Shown in pieces: positions 45,767-54,607 of a DNA stretch of 64,000 nt. The stretch spans positions 42,086 through 106,085 of the IMG/VR virus record IMGVR_UViG_3300037421_000080; one strand, written 5' to 3'. Origin of the DNA: a virus (Duplodnaviria; Heunggongvirae; Uroviricota; Caudoviricetes). Both the position numbers and the translations under genes were made by a program. The notes under the pieces were generated by a model. The model did no database searches. It was not told the DNA's origin and worked only from the letters and a program-made list of their open reading frames with translations. How positions within the stretch are numbered: position 1 is the stretch's first letter; each line of letters begins with the position of its first letter.

Positions 45767-46115
45767 CCAGCATCTCCTTGATCCGGGGCGGCTGCCATCC
45801 TTCCGGCTTGAGCCTCTTGCCGTCCTCCCGAATTGGACCGGTGGTTTTCAACATGTTCGTCCGGTGGACTTCGTTGAAGAATGGCTCCAGGTCGATGCCA
45901 AAAGATACGGCCGTGCCAAACACGACGTAGAGGAGATCGCACATGCCGTCAATGGCTTCGACTAGATCGCCGTTCTTGATAGCGTTCACAGTCTCGATTG
46001 CTTCCTCATGAATCAGATTGGCTCTGAGTTGGGGAAAGCGGATTCCGGGAGATTTGCCTATCTCGCAATTCGTCGCTGCGTGGAATTCCTCGACCTGCTT
46101 TTGCATCGGATTCAT
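45756..46115 (-). CDS. MazG-like all-alpha NTP pyrophosphohydrolase
   Basis: Start set at ATG 46115 (ATGA overlap). EEAIE..D..EA.D...DLLYVV pattern. Confidence 0.5.
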   Translation of the reverse strand: MNPMQKQVEEFHAATNCEIGKSPGIRFPQLRANLIHEEAIETVNAIKNGDLVEAIDGMCDLLYVVFGTAVSFGIDLEPFFNEVHRTNMLKTTGPIREDGKRLKPEGWQPPRIKEMLDEH

Positions 46116-46366
46116 GAGTTCTCCCTGATCCACTTTTCTACTTCGTCCGTTACTTCGAGATATTCTCGGCTCGGGGTCATTGTAATTTCCTGACCAGGAA
46201 CATAGGCTGCCCACACTTTGTCTCGTAGAACTTTTGGAAGTTTGAACCAATGCTCTTTGCATCCCCACATGGCAGGCGGACATTGCTTAGGACATCCAGG
46301 CCAGTGACAATGGTGATTCCGGAACTGCTTCTGCTTGCGGACGTAGTTGGCCTTGGATTCTTTCAC
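46112..46366 (-). CDS. small Cys/His zinc-binding protein
   Basis: GTG start. HHCHWPGCPKQC..C.EH. Confidence 0.4.
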   Translation of the reverse strand: MKESKANYVRKQKQFRNHHCHWPGCPKQCPPAMWGCKEHWFKLPKVLRDKVWAAYVPGQEITMTPSREYLEVTDEVEKWIRENS

Positions 46367-46835
46367 TTATGATATTCCTTCTCTTCGTCCTCGGCCCATG
46401 CCCTAGCCTCCACTTCCGCCTCTTCCCTCGTCTCGTACTTCCCGGAGCGGGCACCTTTACTAGTTGCAGCGTCCAAAGGACCACAGGGCTGTTTGCTCAG
46501 TACCCTGCCGCCCACTCCGGGGATTCACGTCACTGAGCGTATAGCTTCTCTGCGACGGTGACAATCCGAACAGTTACAATAGTAGTCATGCTCCATCTCC
46601 ACATCACCTCCTCAAAATCACCTATGTACGCGGTTGACGCTTTCCCTAACTCTTTGTTTTTCAAGCTAGTTACTACAATTTTACGCTCGTATTAGGTAGT
46701 ATCCAGCCTATCCTTGGTATGGTGGTAGGAAGAGGTGGTGGGTGGCATAGTCCATACAGTCCCGTTGTAGTATGGTGAACTGGGAGTCAATCTGGGCTCT
46801 GGTGGTCCAGTCGCTACTTGGGGCTGTGAGCTTCA

Positions 46836-48083
46836 TCATGTTTTCGCTAGGTCTTTCGGGAAAAGGTCAATTCCCATCTTCTTCGCCTGCCTCACCCCCA
46901 CGAACCATTCCAGCAAGGCATCGGTTCCGCAGTACATCAGCATCTGATCCAGCGGCACCTCTCGTATCCGGTTATGCTCATTCGACCCACTAGACTTGAA
47001 GAAGGGCTTCATCCTCCCTTTACCCGCCACATAGCCCAGGTTCACAAATGTCTGGAACTCAAGACTCGCCACGCCCATCCTGTTGTCCAGCACATGGGCT
47101 CCAATCATCCCACACCACACCCAGTTCTTCACCCGCACTCCCTGCCGGAGCAGCCAGCGGATTTCGTGTTTGATGTTGAAGCCGATCTTGGGCACGTCGG
47201 AGCGGATGAAGTCCAGCGTCGCCTCTATCGCCCGCCCCTGCCACGGATAGGCTATCGAGGTCCGCCCGTCGCTTATGGCACAGCACAGGATGAAGGAGTC
47301 AGCTCTATCCGGCTTCAGGGGGCTGTTCTCGATGTCCCACGCCAGCGGCCTGCCGCTCTCCATCATCTCCTGGATCGCGTCTGCTGCCTCGTCGTCCTTG
47401 TAGATCCGCCTGACCTTGGATGGATAGTCGGGCAACGCTTTCCAGGGCTTCTCCATCTTCTTGCAGGCAGCCTCCAGGTGCCTCTCGAACAGGAGCTTCC
47501 TTACCTCATTCTGCTTCTTGCTGCCATAGTCGTCTCGGAGGATGTAGGAGGGATGCCAGGTGGGACACACCCAGGCATTGATCTGCTGACACGGTATCCG
47601 CCAGCCATCCCAGCGGGAAATCATGCCCACGTTGCTGCCCCAGAGCCAGCCCAGGATTGACTTCACTGCCGAGCCGCCCAGGGGGATGATTACGTTGGGC
47701 TTTAGCTCCTGGATGGTTTTTACAACATTGGGCCTGCAAAAACTGATCTCTTTATCAGTGGGGGTGCGGTTCTTGCCTTCGCGTGTCATGGGTCGGCAGA
47801 TGCAACTGTTGTATAGCCAGCAATCTCGGTCCATGTCCACATCGAATTTCTCTAACGTCTCTTTGAGGAGCTGCCCAGACTTGCCAATGAAGGGACGGTT
47901 CTGTTCAGATTCGTTGTACCCAGGGGCTTCGCCACATATAAGTATTCGTTTATACCCCTCCCCAAAGACTTTCATCTTCGGGGACTTGCAGTGACGATAG
48001 AGTCCGCACGAGCCACACTGAGCAACTAGCGGAATTGTGACCCTGCCAGAATCAGCGAGGGGCTGGGGGAAGAAGCCTCTCAT
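46836..48083 (-). CDS. DNA polymerase N-terminal module: UDG family-4-like domain fused to 3'-5' exonuclease domain
   Basis: ILICGEAPGYNESEQNRPFIGKSGQLL (UDG-4 motif) then LAWDIEN (Exo I, DxE). Ends where the pol-domain gene begins. Confidence 0.6.
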   Translation of the reverse strand: MRGFFPQPLADSGRVTIPLVAQCGSCGLYRHCKSPKMKVFGEGYKRILICGEAPGYNESEQNRPFIGKSGQLLKETLEKFDVDMDRDCWLYNSCICRPMTREGKNRTPTDKEISFCRPNVVKTIQELKPNVIIPLGGSAVKSILGWLWGSNVGMISRWDGWRIPCQQINAWVCPTWHPSYILRDDYGSKKQNEVRKLLFERHLEAACKKMEKPWKALPDYPSKVRRIYKDDEAADAIQEMMESGRPLAWDIENSPLKPDRADSFILCCAISDGRTSIAYPWQGRAIEATLDFIRSDVPKIGFNIKHEIRWLLRQGVRVKNWVWCGMIGAHVLDNRMGVASLEFQTFVNLGYVAGKGRMKPFFKSSGSNEHNRIREVPLDQMLMYCGTDALLEWFVGVRQAKKMGIDLFPKDLAKT

Positions 48084-48292
48084 TAATCATGTTCCCAATC
48101 GCCGAGCTTTGCGTCTGCTGTCGAATAGACATAATAGCAGCCATTGACAACATACCTCGGAACCCCTCTGGATCTCTGATTCCTCGTCGGTTGCAGGCAT
48201 TCCAATCGTATCGGCGCTTTTCCGGTTTGCTTTTCCCAAGCTTCCCATACAGTTAGAGCTGGCCTTTTTGTTGGCTTCGTAATGTGCGTCAC
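48083..48292 (-). CDS. small hypothetical protein
   Basis: 69 aa. Confidence 0.35.
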   Translation of the reverse strand: MTHITKPTKRPALTVWEAWEKQTGKAPIRLECLQPTRNQRSRGVPRYVVNGCYYVYSTADAKLGDWEHD

Positions 48293-48657
48293 ACCAGGCC
48301 CACTCCGTCCAATTTCAACAACTCAAGAAGCCGCTTGTTATCCCGTTTCAACGTCTGGATTTGCTGCTCCTGAGTCCGCAGGCACCGGATCAAGTCGGTG
48401 AGTTCGATAGGTAAGAAATCCATCGAGGAAGTGAGTGCGAATATCTGATTAGACTCGTCCGGGATGTAGCGACCCTTGAGGGAGATATACTGCTTCCGCT
48501 TCCCGCTTGAATCATAATCCCCAGTCTCCAGCTCTAGGCAAAGGCCGTACATGAGATGAGGAATCAAGCTACCGATGGCAGGCTCTGGCCAGTCCCTTCC
48601 GCTAGGAGGCATATCTATGCGGATCCGTGCCGTGACTGTGCTGGCGATGATGTCCAT
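48289..48657 (-). CDS. hypothetical protein
   Basis: 122 aa. Confidence 0.45.
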   Translation of the reverse strand: MDIIASTVTARIRIDMPPSGRDWPEPAIGSLIPHLMYGLCLELETGDYDSSGKRKQYISLKGRYIPDESNQIFALTSSMDFLPIELTDLIRCLRTQEQQIQTLKRDNKRLLELLKLDGVGLV

Positions 48658-48658
48658 C

Positions 48659-48865
48659 TCACTCCCCGATATGCTCGAACTCCATCAGCATCCGCCTGAT
48701 CTCCATCTCGCTCTTCTCAGCTTCCTTGAGCAGCCAGCGGGCGGAGTCGGAAAGGAACTTCACCTCGGCGCAAATAGAGCAGTATCGGTTCTTACAGCGG
48801 AAATCATCGAAGATCAGGCTCTCCAGATAGTCCCTCTCATCATCGGTCATCCGATTCCTCCTCAT
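48659..48865 (-). CDS. small hypothetical protein (CxxC)
   Basis: 68 aa. Confidence 0.35.
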   Translation of the reverse strand: MRRNRMTDDERDYLESLIFDDFRCKNRYCSICAEVKFLSDSARWLLKEAEKSEMEIRRMLMEFEHIGE

Positions 48866-49946
48866 TCTCTTGTTCCGGCTCCTCTGTCTGGGCTCTTTCC
48901 TCTTCCTCAGCCTGCTCCTCAGGTCGTGTCAGCACGGCCACCCAGGCGAACTTCCCCGCTCCGTTCACCTTGATCTTGTCCTGGCTGATCTCGCATTGGG
49001 GATACTCCCGAGCCAGCTTGATCAGCAGGTTCGGAGCAATCACGAAGTCTATCGGAGGACCGGCGTACTTGGCTCGCTTAGGCTCTGTATGGGAGCCTGT
49101 GATCCCAATGCCCTCCACCACTACTCGATCCGGTCGCAGCTTCACCGTGACGTAGTTGAACTCGCCGTTCTCCGAGGAGAAGATATTGGCTCGCTCCGTC
49201 GCATCTACCAGCTTGTTGGGCAGATGGCTCGCAACCCCTTTCATTGAGAACATCTCGGTCAGCTCGGGGAAGTCGTCGATGAACCGTCGGCAGGAGAGCA
49301 TGACACCTTCTGCACTCCGGAAGTGCAGCCAGCCGTCCGTCACGGCCATCTCCACAGGGGCTATCTTATCCAGCTCCGAGATGGACTTGCTCCGCACCAG
49401 CACCGATTCCTCTACGCCCGTCTTCAGGGTCCAGCGACAAGCCTGGTAGTTATCGCAGGTCTCTACCCACTTGGGATGGACGTGGACACAGGTCAGACCT
49501 GCACCGTGCTTCTCGTCGGGCCGGGCGCACTGGCTGACGACTCGGATAGCCTCCGCGAACTCGGGGTGGAGGGGTTTCCACTCCTGCGGCTTGTCCACAG
49601 CCCGGACCAGATCGAGGAGGGAGGTCTCCTGCTCTAGCAATAGGGAAGACTTCTTCCCGCCCTTGCCGTTGAGGATCAGCTTATCCTTCCTCATTTCCAG
49701 CGTCAATTCAGCATCCTCCAGGCGTCGCAGGAGCTCTGATAGGGGACGGGCCGAGACAGCTCCCGTGAACTCCGCTGAGAGCATGCTAGGTCCTCTACAG
49801 GCCGTTTCCTCGTTGCAGGTGTAGACCTTCCCACCTCGGAAGACGTAGCACGAGCTCTGCTGGGTCTTGTCCTTGTTAGTTAGGCCGGGCTGCATCACTT
49901 CGAGATGGCGGAGGAACTCCTCGCGGTTCACTTTCAGAGTGGTCAT
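48840..49946 (-). CDS. dnaN: DnaN-like beta sliding clamp with acidic C-terminal tail
   Basis: N-terminus MTTLKVNREEFLRHLEVMQPGL resembles the DnaN start. ..EMAVTDGWLHFRS corresponds to the ..ATDGHRLA motif. Three-domain length. Confidence 0.55.
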   Translation of the reverse strand: MTTLKVNREEFLRHLEVMQPGLTNKDKTQQSSCYVFRGGKVYTCNEETACRGPSMLSAEFTGAVSARPLSELLRRLEDAELTLEMRKDKLILNGKGGKKSSLLLEQETSLLDLVRAVDKPQEWKPLHPEFAEAIRVVSQCARPDEKHGAGLTCVHVHPKWVETCDNYQACRWTLKTGVEESVLVRSKSISELDKIAPVEMAVTDGWLHFRSAEGVMLSCRRFIDDFPELTEMFSMKGVASHLPNKLVDATERANIFSSENGEFNYVTVKLRPDRVVVEGIGITGSHTEPKRAKYAGPPIDFVIAPNLLIKLAREYPQCEISQDKIKVNGAGKFAWVAVLTRPEEQAEEEERAQTEEPEQENEEESDDR

Positions 49947-50106
49947 CAGCTTTCCTCAAGTCGGTTCTTTCGCTGCGGTTGATCGTAACGCTTCGGGGAG
50001 CCTGGATGCCTATCCGTATCTTGTTGCGGTCGATGTCCGTGATGGTGACAACGATGTTGTCGCCAATGCAGATGGATTCACCAAGTTTGCGAGTTAGGAC
50101 CAGCAT
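49876..50106 (-). CDS. csrA: carbon storage regulator CsrA homolog
   Basis: MLVLTRKLGESICIGDNIVVTITDIDRNKIRIGIQAPRSVTINRSE is near-consensus CsrA. Confidence 0.8.
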   Translation of the reverse strand: MLVLTRKLGESICIGDNIVVTITDIDRNKIRIGIQAPRSVTINRSERTDLRKADDHSESEPRGVPPPSRSDAARPN

Positions 50107-50134
50107 GTCTTCTCCTTCCGTGGTTAAAAGCTCC

Positions 50135-50734
50135 CTATCTACTATCGGGGATAGGAGTATACCGCCAGCGGGAGGTCAGCTGCCAGGACCTGTTGTTTTT
50201 CTGGGGAGAGTACTCAATCTTGATAGGCACAGTAGCGAGCAAACCGAGGAGGTTCCCAACCAGAAAGCCCTTCCCTTCCAGGAGGACAAGAGGCTTCTTC
50301 CAGTACTCCCCGGAGCTAAAGCGCCAGACAGCCTCGGGATGGCGCTCCTTGAGTGTAAGAAAGGCTTCGGCCTCCACGAATACTCGCAGATCGCCGCTTC
50401 GGAGGGAGACCAGCTGGTTAAACTCGTCCCCACCTACGAACTTGGCTCGCTCTACCTCGCAGGTGAGTCTTCTGGGGAGAATATCCCCCAAGCTCATTGG
50501 AGTGGCCTTGGCATACTCTGTGTCGGAGATTAGAGCATCCCAGTGCTTCTGTTCTATAGAGCTACGTTCCTTGTTTGACAGGCGAGTCAGGAGCATGTCG
50601 TCAGAGAGGAAGCCTGTCTCCTGGGCTGTCTTGAGCAGGCGACAGCGCATCTCACTGGGCTTGGTGAGAATGGACTTCAACAGTTCCTCGAAGGACTTGG
50701 CCTTCTGGGGAATTGAGTTGGCAACTTTGATCAA
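50135..50734 (-). CDS. hypothetical protein
   Basis: 199 aa. Confidence 0.45.
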   Translation of the reverse strand: MIKVANSIPQKAKSFEELLKSILTKPSEMRCRLLKTAQETGFLSDDMLLTRLSNKERSSIEQKHWDALISDTEYAKATPMSLGDILPRRLTCEVERAKFVGGDEFNQLVSLRSGDLRVFVEAEAFLTLKERHPEAVWRFSSGEYWKKPLVLLEGKGFLVGNLLGLLATVPIKIEYSPQKNNRSWQLTSRWRYTPIPDSR

Positions 50735-50980
50735 TTAGCACACCTGTTCTTGGAGTGTTCCCCAGCACTCACCGCAGAGTAGCCAGCAGTTCGAGCAGCG
50801 GAAGGCATTCATCTCAGGGGAGGAGGCGCCTACTCCAACTTCTGTCCCAGTGTTCGGGCAGATCTGGCTGACAGGAACCGGATTCTGTAGCTGGCGAGTG
50901 AATGGCTTGTGGCAGCGGCAGCAGGTGGTTTGCTCAGCCATTGAGTAGCTCCTTGATCTGACTTCTGATCTCTTTTCCAT
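50735..50980 (-). CDS. small Cys-rich protein
   Basis: CCRCHK..C...CSNCWLLCGEC. Confidence 0.35.
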   Translation of the reverse strand: MEKRSEVRSRSYSMAEQTTCCRCHKPFTRQLQNPVPVSQICPNTGTEVGVGASSPEMNAFRCSNCWLLCGECWGTLQEQVC

Positions 50981-51458
50981 CTATTGGTTTCAATTTGAAT
51001 TTCTGGGCGATTCTCTTGATCTTGCTCTCCCGACCCTTGAGCCAGATCTCATTCTGGTGACTGTTTCGCTTCTTCCTTCTCCTCGCTAGCTCCTCTGGAG
51101 AGCAATCCAGCAGGAACAACTTTAGCTTTACACACTCGATGTTCTGGACTACATCAAGAAAGCTCTGACCGAAGAGACGATCCCCCTCGAACAATACCGT
51201 CCAATCAGGGTTGTGTTTGGCCCAATGATGGAGAACCTTCACTGCATCGGGCTGAACAGACATAGATAGCCGATCCGTCCCAGCGAAGACATTCTCTCCC
51301 CGGTAGTCGCCCAGGACGAACACCTTGGCATCTTCTATGCGGCCGTAGACTAGGGAGCCGATCTTCTCATGCTTGATAGGGCCGAGGAGCTCGATGAGAG
51401 AACGCATCAGCGTGGTCTTGCCGCAGCCAGGATTGCCTCCGATGCCGATCACGATCAT
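50934..51458 (-). CDS. P-loop kinase-like protein (Walker A GGNPGCGKTT; nucleotide/DNA-base kinase candidate)
   Basis: 174 aa, N-terminal P-loop, small kinase-fold size. First gene of the enzyme cassette. Confidence 0.55.
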   Translation of the reverse strand: MIVIGIGGNPGCGKTTLMRSLIELLGPIKHEKIGSLVYGRIEDAKVFVLGDYRGENVFAGTDRLSMSVQPDAVKVLHHWAKHNPDWTVLFEGDRLFGQSFLDVVQNIECVKLKLFLLDCSPEELARRRKKRNSHQNEIWLKGRESKIKRIAQKFKLKPIDGKEIRSQIKELLNG

Positions 51459-52390
51459 CTGGTGAGATCCCCCATCCGTATTTTCTTGGCTCGGGCTAGC
51501 TCCTCAGCAGCAGAGCCGCAGGAAACCATGCCTTGTCTGTAATAACAAACAAGGCTGATCCGTTCAAAGGCTCCCTCTATCCCAATCAGTGGGGTGTTCC
51601 CATGCCACTCATGGACATCCGCCAAGAGCAGACTTCGTGTCCTCATATCCACCGCTACTCGGTACTTCGGAAAGCAGAGGTAACAGCCAGAGTAGTGCCC
51701 TGCCCGGAGAGCCGTCATAACCCCGAAGCCCTCGGTCAGATCACCCTTGTCTTTATGCAAAGCTGTGACCCAATTCTTGTTCACTGTGATTGTGGTGAAG
51801 GCGGTCTTATGAATCACGAAGTCTGGAGAGGTCTGCTTCACTACCTTCAGCTGGGCAGCATAGCGGCCTGGAACGTTCTTCTTGAATGCCTCATCTATTG
51901 CTCGGATCAAGGGCATGGCAGCTTGGAACTTCTCCGGTTGGTATAGATTGAAGGCTGTCAGGCGACAGTAGGGAATGCGAGGATAGCGATCATAGAAGCC
52001 GATGATGCCACTATGGACCGCTTGAGCGTAGTTCGTGTTGGAGACAGTGCCATCTTGTTTCATCGGTCGAAGTCTGGTCCCATCCATGACAGCAGCCTTT
52101 TTGGCTCGATTCCCTTTCCGCTCAGAGACCTTCTCTGGAATGATCCCAGCAGCCATCCCTCTGTTCTCACTGGTGCTTGCTGCTTTCCGTAGACCGGGGA
52201 AGGCAGCCTTGCAAGCAGGAGCAGGGAGAATGTTATGGAGATGGATGAGGAGAACATCACCATTGGGCTTGAGGACTTTCACATCGTCCTCTGCGATGAG
52301 CCGATCGTAGTGAGATTCGTCGAGGAAGGTGCCTGCCAGTTTATCTATTTCCTCATCAGGCAGAGCGTGATTCAACTTTATCGTTTTCAT
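51455..52390 (-). CDS. hypothetical protein with HxD...H...R pattern (possible 2OG-Fe(II)/TET-JBP-like dioxygenase)
   Basis: ALHKDKGD (HxD) then HEWHGNTP and a distal R (RISLVCYYR). Weak, by-eye only. Confidence 0.3.
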   Translation of the reverse strand: MKTIKLNHALPDEEIDKLAGTFLDESHYDRLIAEDDVKVLKPNGDVLLIHLHNILPAPACKAAFPGLRKAASTSENRGMAAGIIPEKVSERKGNRAKKAAVMDGTRLRPMKQDGTVSNTNYAQAVHSGIIGFYDRYPRIPYCRLTAFNLYQPEKFQAAMPLIRAIDEAFKKNVPGRYAAQLKVVKQTSPDFVIHKTAFTTITVNKNWVTALHKDKGDLTEGFGVMTALRAGHYSGCYLCFPKYRVAVDMRTRSLLLADVHEWHGNTPLIGIEGAFERISLVCYYRQGMVSCGSAAEELARAKKIRMGDLTR

Positions 52391-53051
52391 TCTTCAATTC
52401 CCGATATGCTCGCTTCAACACTTTGAACACAGTGTCTGTCAACGTCTTGGTGCCATAGTGCCCACCCAAGTATTTTACTATCTTCTCGAAGGCCCCAATA
52501 TTGTCAGACGAAAGGAACAGCTGGATCATGCGCACATGAGAGGGCTGTAGATCAGGTAATGACTCTGGAGTAAGCTCCCCATCTCCCTCTACATCCAGTT
52601 CCAGATCATCGGGGTTCAGTCCTCCCTCAGCTACCTTGGAGAAGAGCGAGGCTAGTGCCTTGTTCCCCGTTGTAACATCCCTGATGAGGCTAGCGAACTT
52701 CCCCTTGTTCGTTGTAGCCATTGTACCTACAGAGTCATAGGAGGCGAGTAGCTTCTTGGCCTCTTCCTCTGTCACGTCCAGGACTGCGACGTGTACCTTC
52801 TGGTTGGGAGGGTACTCCTCCTGGCGTAGATGGCCGTCGATCAGCATGAATGTTCCGTCAGGCAGCTCGCGAACGATCTGGATACCTGCAATACCGATTT
52901 CGGAGAGGAGGCCACGGAAGGCTTCTCGCTGATCTTCCGGATGTTCTCTCCAGTTCCATGGGCAGGCTCTCAGCTCTCCCGCCTTGACGCGGACCACCTT
53001 CTTGATGCGATCCCGAATCATCATTTTGTGTTCCTTTGGAATGGGAGGCAT
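52356..53051 (-). CDS. ParB/Srx-like nuclease-domain protein
   Basis: FMLIDGHLRQEE ParB N-domain motif. Confidence 0.5.
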   Translation of the reverse strand: MPPIPKEHKMMIRDRIKKVVRVKAGELRACPWNWREHPEDQREAFRGLLSEIGIAGIQIVRELPDGTFMLIDGHLRQEEYPPNQKVHVAVLDVTEEEAKKLLASYDSVGTMATTNKGKFASLIRDVTTGNKALASLFSKVAEGGLNPDDLELDVEGDGELTPESLPDLQPSHVRMIQLFLSSDNIGAFEKIVKYLGGHYGTKTLTDTVFKVLKRAYRELKNENDKVESRSA

Positions 53052-53869
53052 TTACCTAGTTTGTCCGCCAAAGGCCCCCATCCAACTAAAGCATGTTTCA
53101 GCTCTCTAGTATCTATCCCAATGGGGTAGTGGCCGTGTAGATATGATTTCATCTTACAAAGTATGGTCTCTGCTTCCTGTGTTCCACAAGGCCGATCAAA
53201 ACTGGGGGGGGCTAATCTGTGTTGGAATTGTTTATTGAGCCAGCCCACAGTTTCTTTGAGAACCCATTCAGGTTTAACTATTTTTGCTCCCTCTGCTGGC
53301 TCTTTGTAGAAGTTCAGGTCGTCAATGCTGAACTCAATCGAGACACCCATCACTCGCTCTAGCAAATCTCCCATCTTGAACGCAATCCAGGGGCCGTAGA
53401 GAGGCCAGCCTAGTATCCACTTCTTTAGTGTAACAAAATCCCCCGAATCCTCCAAGGACTTTATAGCTAGGCCGGGAATCGGGAACTTCTTTCTCATCCA
53501 ATTGATAGAATGTTGTGAAGCATTTCCTCGGAAGTGCCGTCTCTCTCTTCCCCTCGGCCACTTCTCATCTTGGAACTTCTGGACAGTGTCCCAAAAGTCC
53601 TCAGAATCCGCGATTTTGGAGGCGACACCAGCATGGTAGCACATGCTATAGGCCAATAGCCAGCGACGGAGTAGCTTAGGCCCGAGCTCCGCCTTGTAGA
53701 GGATGACATACACTGGATCCAGGTCTAGTGTATCCAGCAAGGCGTTGCCAAATTCCAATACTGTCATGCGCTTGTTTTCAAAGAACATCAAGGAGCTTCC
53801 TGGCTGCAAATCCGGCAGCAATGGTGCCAAGCTTCCCAGCACCAGTGACAGCCCAGGTTCTGGGTCCAA
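53021..53869 (-). CDS. hypothetical enzyme-like protein in cassette (aGPT-pyrophosphorylase-like role is conjecture)
   Basis: 282 aa, no motif recognised. Confidence 0.45.
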   Translation of the reverse strand: MDPEPGLSLVLGSLAPLLPDLQPGSSLMFFENKRMTVLEFGNALLDTLDLDPVYVILYKAELGPKLLRRWLLAYSMCYHAGVASKIADSEDFWDTVQKFQDEKWPRGRERRHFRGNASQHSINWMRKKFPIPGLAIKSLEDSGDFVTLKKWILGWPLYGPWIAFKMGDLLERVMGVSIEFSIDDLNFYKEPAEGAKIVKPEWVLKETVGWLNKQFQHRLAPPSFDRPCGTQEAETILCKMKSYLHGHYPIGIDTRELKHALVGWGPLADKLGKCLPFQRNTK

Positions 53870-54602
53870 TTGATTCCATCAGGCAGGGATCACTGCCATT
53901 CTTCTTGCAGTAAGGGCGGAGGCCTAGCTTGGTTTTCAACAGCGGTAGGGGAGCAGGCAATGCTTCTTGACAGCGATCAAGGCACTGCTTTGTTCTCACT
54001 TGGGTCCAGTTGGCATGGAGGAGTGCGGAGCCATCCCCTATCCAAATCTCCTGAGGGCCTTGCTGGTGGGCAACGATCTGCTTGTACGGAGCCCAGGGCT
54101 TTATAAATGGTGAAATCTGGCCTGACAGCCTGAATGATACACCCTGCTTGGGCGTAGCTTTGATCGCTTTGGCCAGCTCTCCAATCCAGCATCCAGTGGC
54201 TAGAACCAACAGCCTTCCTTGGTACTCCGAGCCATCGGTGCAATACACAACTGGGTGTTCCTCTGATGTTTTGATCTTGCTTGCCTTGGCCTTTGTCTTG
54301 GGAATAGAAACTACCTTGTCTGTATCTACTCTCCAGACAGTTTCTTGGATCTGCTTGGGCCAGATGGTGAACTTCCTCTCAATCAATCCCCAGACATCAT
54401 CCAGCAGCTCCATTGCTGATTCAGACTCTTCTTTCTGCATGCTTGCAAACCAAGATGGCTTGAGGTGCCCTCCTGAAGGTCCAGTACCTGCCATGGGGCG
54501 ACCGTCGTCTAGCAACAATACCTTGGCTCTACTCTTTCTCAAGGCCAGTGTAATGGTGGAACCAATGATCCCCCCACCAACCACGATAGCATCGTACATC
54601 AT
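53778..54602 (-). CDS. FAD-dependent oxidoreductase (DAO/glycine-oxidase-like, short)
   Basis: N-terminal YDAIVVGGGIIGSTITLAL dinucleotide-binding motif. Confidence 0.65.
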   Translation of the reverse strand: MMYDAIVVGGGIIGSTITLALRKSRAKVLLLDDGRPMAGTGPSGGHLKPSWFASMQKEESESAMELLDDVWGLIERKFTIWPKQIQETVWRVDTDKVVSIPKTKAKASKIKTSEEHPVVYCTDGSEYQGRLLVLATGCWIGELAKAIKATPKQGVSFRLSGQISPFIKPWAPYKQIVAHQQGPQEIWIGDGSALLHANWTQVRTKQCLDRCQEALPAPLPLLKTKLGLRPYCKKNGSDPCLMESIGPRTWAVTGAGKLGTIAAGFAARKLLDVL

Positions 54603-54607
54603 TATTC

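Noticed and set aside
46287-46484. 65-aa Arg-rich ORF (minus)
   Set aside because: Basic low-complexity translation. The alternative frame has no start. The region is treated as noncoding leader.
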